From NCBI RefSeq assembly GCF_009914755.1, contig NC_060926.1: DNA of 64,000 nt; one strand, written 5' to 3'. The translations under genes were made by a program, and so were the position numbers. This document shows positions 29,077 to 41,080 of the stretch, piece by piece (the stretch's first letter is position 1; each line of letters begins with the position of its first letter). Source of the stretch: the human T2T-CHM13v2.0 reference genome, Homo sapiens. Below the pieces are notes generated by a model. It was not told where the DNA came from, did not search any database, and was given only the letters and a program-made list of their open reading frames with translations.

Positions 29077-30987
29077 TAACAAAATTGTAAACATTACATT
29101 TGAAGAACAAAATGTATTCCTATTAATATTAGAAATTCAACAGAAATGCCTGTTATCACCACATAAGTTATATCATCCTACTAATTCTAATTACCTAAGT
29201 GCCTAAAGATATTGCAAATATTGAAACAAAAGAAAAATACTTTTATATGAGATTATAAAAAGATATTTGAAATAAACGATTTGGTAAGGTGTCCAAGAAT
29301 ATGATAAATGTACTAAGTTAATATTTTTCCTAATATACCATTAAAGTAACCAGAAATGGAAATTTTAAAAAATGAAATAAGGCAACTTTAATAAAGATTT
29401 ACTTGCATGAAAAACAAAATTAGCCACAATCAAAAACACACACATACAAATCCTACAGTTTTGAATAACTTAAAATAATTTCTGAACAAATGGAGAAACA
29501 ATCATGGAAAAGACGACTTAATATCTTAAAATCGTAAGGTATAAATATTTTACAAATTAATATACGTATTTAATGCACTAGCCTCTTGAGACTTAAAAGG
29601 GAGATTTGATTGGGAACCGAATGACCCTTTCAAGCTCAGAAAGATAAACAGATATGTAAAAAAATTATAAAAATCTTTTGAAAAGTTTACTGAGGAAGAA
29701 CTTGTCCAGTCAGATATTAACATTTACTATGAAGACTATACACAAAAGTGCAGAGTAGGAGCAATCCATTATACTGCAAGCATTCATATTAAACTAAGAT
29801 AAAAGCTGGCTACCATCATTACTGTTATTTAACAGTAGTGTGTGTGGGGGGAGGGGCGGGGGGTGAAAGTCAAATCAATTCACAAAGAGAAAATAGCAGG
29901 CATAAATTGGATATAAATCTGTAAAATTACTATATTCATTGGTTTCATTTTATATCTAAAAAACCCAAGAGATTCAACAAAAATATTTTATAAGCAGGAA
30001 GATAATTGAATAAAATAGGAACAAAATTCATATACTAACAGCAATATCCATTTAATAAACAAATAACAGAGTTAGAAAATTTACTATATGTAAATATGAA
30101 AATGATTTTTAAAAGTGTTCTTCATTTAAAGGTAAAAAAACTGATTGTACTGTTCACATGGAAAAATAAGCTGTAATCAACAGAGAAATTTTATAAACAG
30201 TTTTTGGAAAAGAAGACAAAGTTATCATGGACTAGACGTAATAATTTTAATATTTATTTTAAAGGAATAGTGACAAAGCAAATGGATACAGAATTTAACC
30301 ATACAAAAAAGCCATTAAAGTACTTCAAAAAATGTAAAAAATAATGTTGGCATGGGAGAGGTTTTATTTTTATTTTAAAACAAGGTAGAGTGGCCATTAA
30401 AAAATATTTAAATTTATCTACTTTAAAAATAAATCTTCAGGGAAAAGAAAAATTACAATAAACATAGCCAAAAGAAAAACTGACAAACATTCATAACACA
30501 TATAACAAATAGCTAATTCATTTAACACACACTGACAGGGTAAATGTTAAAAAATAAAATAGAAAAACAGGCAAATACAAGTTACTGCTAACCTTATGAA
30601 ATGTTGCTTACCCTCATTCAAAACAGGAAAAAGACAAATTAAAATTATATTTCATACTATTTATTTAGTAAATCCATAAAGATTAAAAAGTTAACACAGA
30701 CATTTGACATGAGTATAGATAATGTTTGTAATGTGTTACATCCCATGTAATTTTTGTAATGTGCTAATTGTTCCATCTTTTATAGAGCACTATTTGGAAA
30801 TATATATTAAAATTTAAAAGATGTGTAAATTTTACCCCATTATTTCCACATCTAAAAATGTACATGACAGAGTTGTACCCGTGTGAGATAATGTTTGTAA
30901 AAAGGTATTTGTGGAGCACTGATTATAATAGAAAAAGAAAAGATATAATTTAAAAATTCATCAGTAGAAGATTAATAAATAGTAGTA

Positions 30988-31426
30988 CACAATGGTTGAA
31001 CTAATTTACACTCCCACCTTTTTACAATAGCAAAGACTTGGAACCAACTGAAATATCTATCAGTGAAAGACTGGATCAAGAAAATGTGGCACATATACAC
31101 CATGGAATACTATGCAGCCATAAAAAAGAATGAGTTCATGTCTTTTGCAGGGACATGGATGAAGCTGGAAGCCATCATTCTCAGCAAACTAACACAGGAA
31201 CAGAAAACCAAACACCACATGTTCTCATTCATAAGTGGGAGTTGAATAATGAGAACACATGGACACAGGGAGGGGAACATCACACAGGGCATATACCTAA
31301 CACATGTGGAACTTAAAACCTAGATGACGGGTTCATAGGTGCAGCAAACCACCATGGCACAAGTATACCTGTGTAACAAACATGTTCTGCACTTGTATCC
31401 CAGAACTTAAAATACAATTAAATAAT
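30988..31426 (+). mobile_element. Short L1PA (about L1PA8-10) 3' end with a 31-bp 5' inversion
   Basis: 30988-31018 (cacaatggttgaactaatttacactcccacc) is antisense L1. 31021-31420 is the sense L1 3' end. TSD aata[g/a]tagtaca at 30978-30989 and 31427-31438. Confidence 0.85.
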
Positions 31427-31436
31427 AATAATAGTA

Positions 31437-31514
31437 CAGATAGTCTCCACTTACAGTGGTGTAACCTATTTTTCCATTTCAGGACATAACTCCATTGTAA
31501 GTCAAAAACATTGG
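31437..31514. mobile_element. Miniature Tigger-family (MER47-like) MITE remnant
   Basis: Degenerate inverted ends cagatagtctccacttacagtgg ... ccattgtaagtcaaaaacattgg, flanked by TA. Confidence 0.5.
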
Positions 31515-31682
31515 TATATCTATTCAATAAAAATTTTATGCTGCTATTAAAATGTAAAATCTTTGTACATACAAAACGGACTGATCTTTAAGATACATTC
31601 TACACAACAATTTAAAAAAGTAAGGTTTGAGAATACAAATACTATGCTATTAAATATGGTTACAAAATTATAATGCATAAAG

Positions 31683-31683
<1 letters not shown>

Positions 31684-31724
<41 letters not shown>
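31684..31724. repeat. (TA)20 microsatellite
   Basis: Direct observation. Confidence 0.95.
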
Positions 31725-31727
<3 letters not shown>

Positions 31728-32131
31728 CTCTTAGAATTCCCTGTTTTTGTCTCCTTTGATAATGTTGACATTTCATTTCAATTTGAATTGAAAATGGGTT
31801 TAATAAATGATACTCTCTTTTTTCCAATGGGAAGAAAATAAATTCAAACCATTATTTTACATTCTATACAAAAAATATTCCAAATGAATTAAAGATCTGA
31901 ACAAAAGAAATTAATTATGGAAAGAATTTAACTATCTCTGAGGTGGGCTGTTATTCTGGGAATCCATAAAAAAAAAGAGACAGATTTACATATATGTCTC
32001 CTCACTGACAGAGGGAAATGCAAATTAAATCATCATGAGCTGTCATCAAATCAGTTTAAAAAGTCTTTGATAGTGTACTATGGTAACATGAATATTATTA
32101 ATTCTCTCATACTGTTGTCCCCAAACAGCAT

Positions 32132-32380
32132 TTTTTTTTAATTTCCATAGATTTTTGGGAAATAGTTGTTATTTGGTTACATGAGTAAGTTCTTTAGTGG
32201 TGATTTATGAGATTTTGGTGTACCCATCACCCGAGCAGTATACGTTGAACCCAATTTGTAGCCTTTTATCCTTCACCCCCTTCCCACTCTTGCCCCAGAG
32301 CCTCCAGAGTTCATTGGATCATTCTCATGCCTTTGTATCCTCATGGCTTAACTCCCACTTATGATTGAGAACATATGATG
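32132..32380 (-). mobile_element. 5'-truncated L1PB1-like 3' end
   Basis: tttggttacatgagtaagttctttagtggtgattt...cccacttatgattgagaacat, with degenerate TSD cccaaaca..cattttt. Confidence 0.85.
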
Positions 32381-32431
32381 CCCAAACATAACATTTTTAA
32401 CTTCTGTAAATAATATTCATAATAATACAGT

Positions 32432-32869
32432 TTCTATGGTTTGGGTAGAGTTTGTTTGCCTCCATCAAAACTCATGGTGAAATTTAATCCCCAGTGTGGC
32501 AGTGTTGAGGGATGGGGCCTGATGTGAGGTATTTGGATTATGGGGGCGGAACCCTCATGAATGGCTTGGTCTTGTTCTTGCCATAGTTGTGTTATTGCTC
32601 TCACAAGACTGACTTGGTTCTCAGGGGAATGGATTAGTTCCTCTGACAGTGAGTTTTTATAAAGCCAGGATGCCCCTTAGATTTTCCTCTTTAAATGTAT
32701 TTACTTCCCCTTTGACTTTCTCTGCCATGTTGTGACACAGCACAAAAGCCCTAACTGCATGCTCTTGAACTTCTCAGCCTACAAAACTGAGATCTAAAAA
32801 AAACCCTCTTCTCTTTATAAAATACCCAGTCTCAGATATTCTTTTATGGCAACAAAACAGACTAGGACA
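32432..32869 (+). mobile_element. MaLR solo LTR (MSTC/MST-like)
   Basis: ctatggtttgg...aaaactcatggtgaaatttaatcccc...tacccagtctcagatattc...gactaggaca. Confidence 0.85.
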
Positions 32870-33769
32870 TCAATACTATTAAAATCTAATATAATCTCAC
32901 TCCAAGCTATATAAACTACAGAACAAAATCGCCAGTATATAATAGTTAAACAACTAAAACTAACTGATTTTTCTATTTTAGTATTTACATAGGGAGAATA
33001 CTATCCAACTTAAAAAAAAGTCTTAACTCTATATATGTATTGATCAAGTTGGACATGGACATGCTGTGTATATATATATTTGGGAGCATGTGTGTGATAC
33101 ACAAATATAAAAAAGTATAGCTTTTTATATTTTTTAAACCTCCTAGAAAAATAAAGAACATATCTTACAGAACTTTGAAAATTTAAATGTACTATTCAAA
33201 TATAAGGTATTATTTCTCTTGCACAATCAAAAATGATTCCATATTGAATAATAAAAGTCACTCCATATGTTTTAAGAGATGAAAAGTACACCCTGATGTG
33301 ATTTTATTCCACTAACATTTTTCAACAGCATGCATCTATGACTTAAGTTACTTGTTTTTGCTATTGTTGCTTTATGTATCACCAACTTTGAACCCGACTG
33401 AGAATGTCTAGCCAGAACAAATTGATGCTTGAAAGTCAGTTAGCACCACAGGAAAAAATGCAAAAAGCTCGAGACAGAAAAACCTATTTTTTCAAATTAT
33501 TCTATTCAGAATCTCCTACATCTTATTTCCAAATTAAATATTTTTAATGATAGTAGCAATTATCATAGCTACCTGTAACGTCTCTTTTTTTTTTTTTTTT
33601 TCACAATACTGTATGCCATTTGATATATTAGCATTTTCTTTTAATTTTCCCTCCTCTACAAAACTCTGTTAAGGGAATATTCTAATAATAAGATCCTAAC
33701 TTGCAACGGACATTAAGATTCGGAGACTTATTGGATGGATAACATTAAGTAAATTCCTCAACTGCTCTT

Positions 33770-33912
33770 TTCCTCAGTTTCCATTTCTGTAAAATGAGAA
33801 TAGGACCTACTTCATAAGATTATTGTGAAGATTAAAGGAACAATAGCTATAAAGCAGGCAGAACTCTGCCTGGCATAGCATAAGCACCCTGTAAATATTC
33901 ACTGTTATTATT
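33770..33912 (+). mobile_element. MIR
   Basis: cctcagtttccatttctgtaaaatgagaata...gattattgtgaagattaaa...cctggcatag. Confidence 0.75.
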
Positions 33913-34089
33913 TTTTTAAAGGAAGGAATAGCTTTTGCTTCTCTGTAAATGCTTACAAAGCCATTAATAACTTATTCTGTACTCCCCTTAGCCCAATGAC
34001 AGGCAAGCATTTTTATATGTATGTTGCAACTAATGCAACATTTTTATATGTATGTTGCATTAGTGGTTAAAGAATGGATAGATGAATAA

Positions 34090-34870
34090 TTTCACCAGAT
34101 CCCATGGCTTCAACTACTCATGATTGCCCCTGATTTTTAAATCTTAAGTCCAGCTATCTCTCCGAAGGTCCAGATCCTATTCCTAATTCCCTACTGATCA
34201 ACTCCACCTAGATGTCTCAGGTATCTCAAGATCTATGGTTTATAATAGAATGCATAGTATCCTCCCAAACACACATAGAACAATACACGCACACCCAGAG
34301 AGAGGGACTTGATCTCTTACTCTTTTATTTCCTTTCTCAGTGACTAGTACCACCATGCACTCAGTCACTCACACAAGAAATTCCCCTACCCGCCACCGCC
34401 CACCCTCCAACATATATCCAGTCATCTTGCTCTACTCATGCACTGCCTTAATATATTTCAGTGATCCTCTGCTTGGCTCCTCATCTACCATGACCTCTGT
34501 ATCGTATCTATTTTGCAATATAGCCACGGATTCTAGTAAGGTCTCCCTCCTTCAGGCCTTTGCTCCTCCATTCCATTCTCCACATTCCATTATAGTCATA
34601 TTTTAAAATGAAATCTAGTTATGTATTTTCCCATCTAAAAGTCTTTGATTACATCTCCCACAAGATAAAACCCAATCTCCTACTTGGTATAAAACACCCT
34701 TTTGAGCCTACGTGTTGTTAACCAGCCACTTTTCTCTCATTTCTGTGCATTTGCATTTAACATCCCCTATGGGTACACTCCTCTTCCAACTGTCTTATGT
34801 GTAATTTACTTAAGACAGTTCTTTGTAGCTCAGATTAAATATAACCTTCTCTTTGGAGCCTTATCTGTCC
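34090..34870 (+). mobile_element. L2 fragments
   Basis: Pyrimidine-rich, with L2-like motifs (tccacctagatgtctcag, ccattctccaca, ctcagattaaatataaccttctct). Boundaries are approximate. Confidence 0.6.
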
Positions 34871-37800
34871 CTTAATGGGTTTACCAAGCCCAGCCTGAAT
34901 TCATTAAATGGAAAAAAAAAGTTTCTAAATAAAGTACATAGTACATTGCCAACAGAAAAAAGTAAAGTACAGATCATTATTTACCTTTAGGAAAATAGGA
35001 GTCATTATATCAATAACTACCAAAAAAAAAAAATGAAACAAGGGTGGGAGAAATAATTATTGTAAATATATCATGGATAAGCTTCTGTGGTACATGATTT
35101 CATAGTCACATTTTATATTATTATTTTTCATTTTCTAATTATTTCTTGGCTACATAGGTTATTACCACTGATGCAAAGTGAAGTTAAATAAACCATACTT
35201 CATAAATTCAAGGTATTTATATATATATATATTTGCCCCTGTAGTGGTTTCAGGGGTAAGATTAGGAATTTTAACATTAAAATACAAGTATTGTCACTAC
35301 ATGCATTCAATATGCATGTGATGCTTCAAATCGAAGTGAGTGAAGATTGGATTTCAAATACTCTTCTAATATAGGAAAGTGTGTGCGTGTGTGAGTGTGG
35401 GTATCTGTGTGAGAGAGATTTCTAAGAGAGAATAGTGAAAGAATAATATACAAATAATTAAATACTTTTAGTAAAAAATTCTTATTAATATTCATTCGTA
35501 TGATCAAAACTGTCTCCTTTTAAAAAATGTAATGGAAATATGTACTTGTCAGCACACAGAATGGAAATCTTTTCTGTAGAACACAATTACATTTTATCTG
35601 CGTAGCACAATGTCCTTAGAATCTATTTCCTTCTGGCATCTGAAATCTAAAGAACAATGAGAGTTGAGTGCTGCAGGTGGCATTTTATATATAATTCCTA
35701 GGAAATAATGTGTTCTTAGCTACAACTGAAAACAATGAAGCAAAAGAAATCAACAAAACCAACACATATTGTCATAGGGACAAACAAATTAACGTTTGAA
35801 GCAACACATGCACACGCGTGCACACATGCCCATGATAGAACTACAAATAAACTGAACTTCCATTTGCTCTCAAGTTTCCTCATTGAGCGATCTAGTTTAA
35901 TGAATTTCCTTTATAAAACTGGTACTGTGGGACCAGACTGAGTTAAACTAGAAATATATGCAGTTATTTTTGAAAGACATGATTTGATCACCAAGTCTCA
36001 ATAATAATCCAGACAATATTGGACCCCTTTGAATTTTCCCAGGTCATTTACAAGTACTGAGTATATACATGTGGTTCAGTTACAATATTTTAAATCATTT
36101 TCCCAGAATACTTCAGGGCTGTACTTTCCCCCACTGTCAGTTGATGTGTGCTCAGGGAATGCAAACTAATTACCCCAAGCAAAATATAATTAAGGCAAGA
36201 AACTTACTCTGAAAACATCACATACTACTTCTCACATACAAATAGAAATGATTTCTGAATTATGTTTGCATGATTCAATTTTACTGCATACAATTTGTGC
36301 AGATAATGGAGAGTGGACTATATTAATTGTTACTGATAAATAGAAAGTTAAGACCAGATGAAACTATGAAGTATACCAACAAATTCAATTAGAACATATT
36401 AAAGCATTTTTTTAAATATAAAAGGACATAGGCTATATATTTAAGTTTGTACAAAGCTGCATGCGTATGAATAGACATTCTGTGCACTTATAGAGTGTCT
36501 GTGTGCAGAGTGTGCTGCTGAGAGTTTCACAGAGGGTTAACTGGAAAATAGAACAAAATAGATCATAGGTAAAAAGTCACCCTGAAGGAACTTAGCACCT
36601 CTTGATTATACTGATTCTGAGTCTTCACTGTTCACTTTCATAATATGAATTGCAAAGTTTGCATATGAAAATCAGATTCCTAAGTTGCACAGTAATATGA
36701 ATGTCAACAAATTATAAATTAATCTATACAAACAAACTTTTCTATTCTCAATTCCCACATTTTTAAAAGACAGTTTTATTTATCTAAAGGCAAGGGACTT
36801 TAAATTTTATTTCCTTTCCTGCTTTAATATCTATCTAGTATAATTCATTATTCGAAACAATTTAATAAGTTTCTACTATGTACCAGGCAATATACATAGT
36901 GGAACACAGGATATAAAGTGATGAGCAAAAAAAAAAAAAAATACTCTGATCTGATGGTAAATTAATTAGGAAAAAGGTACCTATTATATTTGTAAGTATC
37001 TACCAAGTAATTAGCTACATAAATTGCTATTAATGCCCTGAAACTGCCAATTAGGGAGGAGAAAGATATATGGGTTGAAGCGTGAATTTGACTTAGATTT
37101 TCGGTGTAGCAGAACTTCTATCACAGGTATATCAGGAGAGAAGTACATGACATGAAGATGAAACAGTTTGTATAAACCTATGAGTTAAAAGAAAGTAGAA
37201 AATGCATTTATATCTGGTATTCAGTTCTATAGATACTATTTTCCCTCCAGCTGAAAGCAGAGATTAAATTATGAAATCCATACACTGTCAAAATAATGAT
37301 TCTAACAAAATGTGCAGTCTTTCATTATTCGAAAAAAAGTCTATTATGAATATCACATAAGGCCAGTTTTTAAATCACATGAAATGAGAATTGAAAAAGA
37401 TTTTGTAGGTAATACTCTAATTTCTGGTATGGAATATTTTTCCATTGTTATAATTTTTAAATGCTTTGTCAAATTCAGTTTTAAAGACTCAAGCAAAGGG
37501 TCTAAGGAACATCGGCCTAATAGACTTAGCATTAGGAAATTAGGTTATATGTTAGTTACAGAGGGGAGAAAAGTGCCCACATATCTGTAGGTTCTCAGAA
37601 CTGCTGCATATATGTCATCATTCCTGGAACACTAGCCAGAGACCGGCACTTCCTGGACTTTAAAGACCCAAACAGTTTACCAGAATTTCTGATCTCTTGA
37701 TAAGATTCAAAGCTGTGCTTCTTGCAGGCGAGATGTAAAGGTTTCCAGGAACTGCTTGCCTTAATATTGAAAGATTGAAGTTAAAGGAAAGAAAAGGCTA

Positions 37801-37939
37801 CAAAATGATGTTTTGAAGCATGTATACACTGTGAAATGCCTAACCTGAGCTAGTTAACATATGCATTATCTCACGTACTTATTATATTTTGATAAATATA
37901 TACAATTGTATTGTGAATAATATTGCAATAAAGCTGAGG
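37801..37939 (+). mobile_element. Tiny 5'-inverted L1MA (about L1MA7-9) 3' end
   Basis: 37801-37890 is antisense L1MA 3' UTR. 37891-37939 is the sense terminus (gataaatatatacaatt...caataaagctg). TSD gaaaaggcta at 37791-37800 and 37940-37949. Confidence 0.8.
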
Positions 37940-38204
37940 GAAAAGGCTAAATGTCTTGGTCCTCCAGCATTTAAAAATATATGTCACACATGCAATAATG
38001 ATATTTTATTCATCAACAAATAAATAGGGGCAATGTTGGTATTTGAACCCAAGTTTCAAGTTAAGAGCCTAGGTTTTTACCCAATACACCTGGAAAACAT
38101 TCAATGGGATATTTTATTAGGTAGATATTGTTACAACACTGTTTCACTTGTAATAGTTCCTTTGCCATGTTATGGATTTTTTTTTTTTAATTTGAAAGGT
38201 GTAG

Positions 38205-40077
38205 TACCAAGGAAAGTACTTCCAACTTATTCTCCGAGGTCATCACTACCACGACTCCAAAATCAGACAAAAGTGTTATAAAAATGGACAACCACAGATC
38301 TACCTCCCACAAAATTTAGATCCAAGATTTCGAACTAAAATTTAACGAATTAAATCCTATGATATATTAAAAGGATACTATGTCATTAATAAGCGGTGGT
38401 GTTTATTCCAATCATGCAGGGTTGTTTTGTATTAGAATATCAATGTAATTAATCATATTTACAAATTAAATCATCTCAATAGACAAAAAAATCGTTTGAC
38501 AAAATCTAACATCCATTACTGACAAAAATTCTCAACAAACTAGGATTAGAAGTGAACTTCTTCAAATAGATAACGGGATTTTATAAAAGAAACTTACGGG
38601 TAGTATACTTACTGGTGAAAGACTGAAAGCTTTCCCACTAAGAACAGGAACAAGACAAGACAGGGATCTGCTCTTATCACTTCTATTCAATACAGTACTT
38701 GAAACTCTGGTTAGTGCCCTCAGGCAAGAAAAAGAATTAAAAGACAACCATGTTTAGAAAAGAAGTGATTTTCAGATGCCATGATTGTCTATATAGAAAA
38801 TTGAATGGAATCTACTAAAAAGATACTAGAATTAGTAAATTTAGCAAGATTTAAGAATGCAATATAAATATGTCATTTTTTTTTTTACTGGCAAATAACA
38901 ATTGGAAACTAAAATTTTTTTAAAGTACCATTGAACATAGCATTGAAATATGAATTTATTGTTTGAAATATATGAAAGACCTGGACATATGGACATAACA
39001 ACAATAAACATTGTGACAGACATTAAATAATGAAAGATAGGCCTTGTTTATGGGGTAGAAGGCATAATATTGTCAAGATGTCTGTTCTCTCCAAACTTAT
39101 CAGTTCAATGAAATATCCTCTAAAGTCGGTCACACTTTCTGTAAATATTGGGAAAATGATTTAAAAATTCACATAGAAATTTGAAAGACCTAGAATAGCC
39201 AATAACAGCTTTGGATAAACAACAAAATTGGATAGATAAGAGTGCCTAATTTTAAGAATTGAGATAAAGTCAAAATAGTGTGATATTTATGAAATAGATA
39301 AATCAATAGGACAGAATAAATATTTTAGAAATAAATCTATAGCTAAATGAATAGCTTATTTGTGGCAAAGATATGAAGGCACTATAGTAGAGAAACAATA
39401 GTTTTTTCAACAAATGGTGCTGGAAAAATTAGACATCTATATGCAAAATATTCTTAGATTCATGCCTTATACCATATACAACAATTAACTCGATATGAAT
39501 CCTCTAAAAAAAGATGAATCATAAAATGAAATGTAAAGTCCTGAACTATAAAACTCCTAGAAGAAAACATAAAACAAAATCTTTATAACATTTGGTTAAG
39601 CAAAGATTAAATTTAACACCAACATCACAGTCTATAAAAAAAATGATAAACTTCATCAAATATTAAACTTTCATTTTTCTAAAGACACTGTTAGGAGAAT
39701 AAAAAGATAAGTCACAGATTGGGAAAAAAATCTTTATAAGGCTTTTATCTGATAAAATATTGGTGTATACTATATATAAAGAACACTCAAAACCCTCCAA
39801 TAAGAAAAAAAAATTATCCTACACAAAAAGGGCAAAGGCCAAAAAGGGCAAAGGGAATATATGAATGGCAAATAAGGACATGAAAAAAAATTCAATATCA
39901 TTAGTAACTGCAGACAAATATAAAGTAAAATGATAATGCAATACAATTACATATCTATTAGAATAGCTAGAATTTAAAAAAGACCGACTAGACCAAGTGT
40001 TGGCAAAGATGTAGGGAAACTGAAATTCTTATATATTACTGGTAGAAATGTAAAAAAAGTACAGCCACATTGGAAAA

Positions 40078-40115
<38 letters not shown>

Positions 40116-40630
40116 CACATAACCTATCCCTTCTACTCACATTTACCAAGAAAAAAGGAAGTTTATTTTCATGCTAATACTTGTACACAAATGATTATAG
40201 CATCTTTATTATAATAGAAAAAAACTTGAAGCTAAATGTCCATCAACAGGTGTATGAATAAACAAACTGTGGTATATATGTAAAATGAAATACTACTCAG
40301 CAAAAAAAAAGAGATTAATTATTGATAAATGCAACATGATGAATCTCAAAATAACTATGCTGGGTGAAAGAAGCCAGGCGAAAGAGTGTGTGCTGTATAA
40401 TTCCATTTATATAAAACTGTAGAAAATCCAAATTAATCTGTAGTAACAGAAAGCAGATCACTTCTTTCTTAAGGGGGAGGAAAAACTACATAGAGCACAA
40501 GGGAACGTTTAGGAGAGATGTACAGGATCATTATTTTGATTGTAGTAATGTTTCCACTGACATATATATTTCATCACGTCTTTCAACCGTGTCGCTTATT
40601 GAACGTCAATTATATAATAATAAAAATTTT
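38205..40630 (+). mobile_element. Old L1M (L1MC/MD-like), ORF2 remnant to 3' UTR
   Basis: Degenerate ORF2 motifs (tttgacaaaatctaacatcc, ttttcagatgccatgattgtctatatagaaaa, caacaaatggtgctggaaaaattagac) and a 3' UTR. Contains (TG)n at 40079-40112. Confidence 0.85.
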
Positions 40631-40697
40631 TTAAATCAGAATAAAAGAAATCTATTAATAAGGTTCTTAAAAAGATTAAATGATATACATTGGGTGC

Positions 40698-41080
40698 TGT
40701 TATGGACTGAATTGTGTTATCCCAAAATTTGAATATTGAAGCCCTAGTCTGAAATAAGACTGTATTTGGAGATAGGTCCTTTAATATAGAAGTAATTAGG
40801 GTTAAATGAGGTCCTAAGGGTAGGGCTCTAATACAATAGAGCTGGTGTCCTAACAAGGAGAAAACATACCAGAAATGCATACACACAGAGAAAAGGCTAT
40901 GTGAGGACACAGCAAGATGGCAGCCATCTGCAAGCTAAGGACAGACGTCTTAGGGGAAACCAAACCTGCTGACACCTTGACCTTGGACTTCCACCCTTCA
41001 GAACTGTGAGAAAATTAATTTCTGTTGTTTAAGCCACCAGCCTTTGGTATTGTGTTATAGCAGACTAGCAAACTAATACA
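40698..41080 (+). mobile_element. MaLR solo LTR (MLT1A/MLT1B-like)
   Basis: tgttatggactgaattgtg ... gacaccttgaccttggacttcc...cagaactgtgagaaaattaatttctgttgtttaagccacc...aaactaataca. Confidence 0.9.

Noticed and set aside
29844-29865. G-rich run gggggg-a-gggg-c-gggggg (possible G-quadruplex)
   Set aside because: A short low-complexity tract in a decayed L1 with no contextual support for function.
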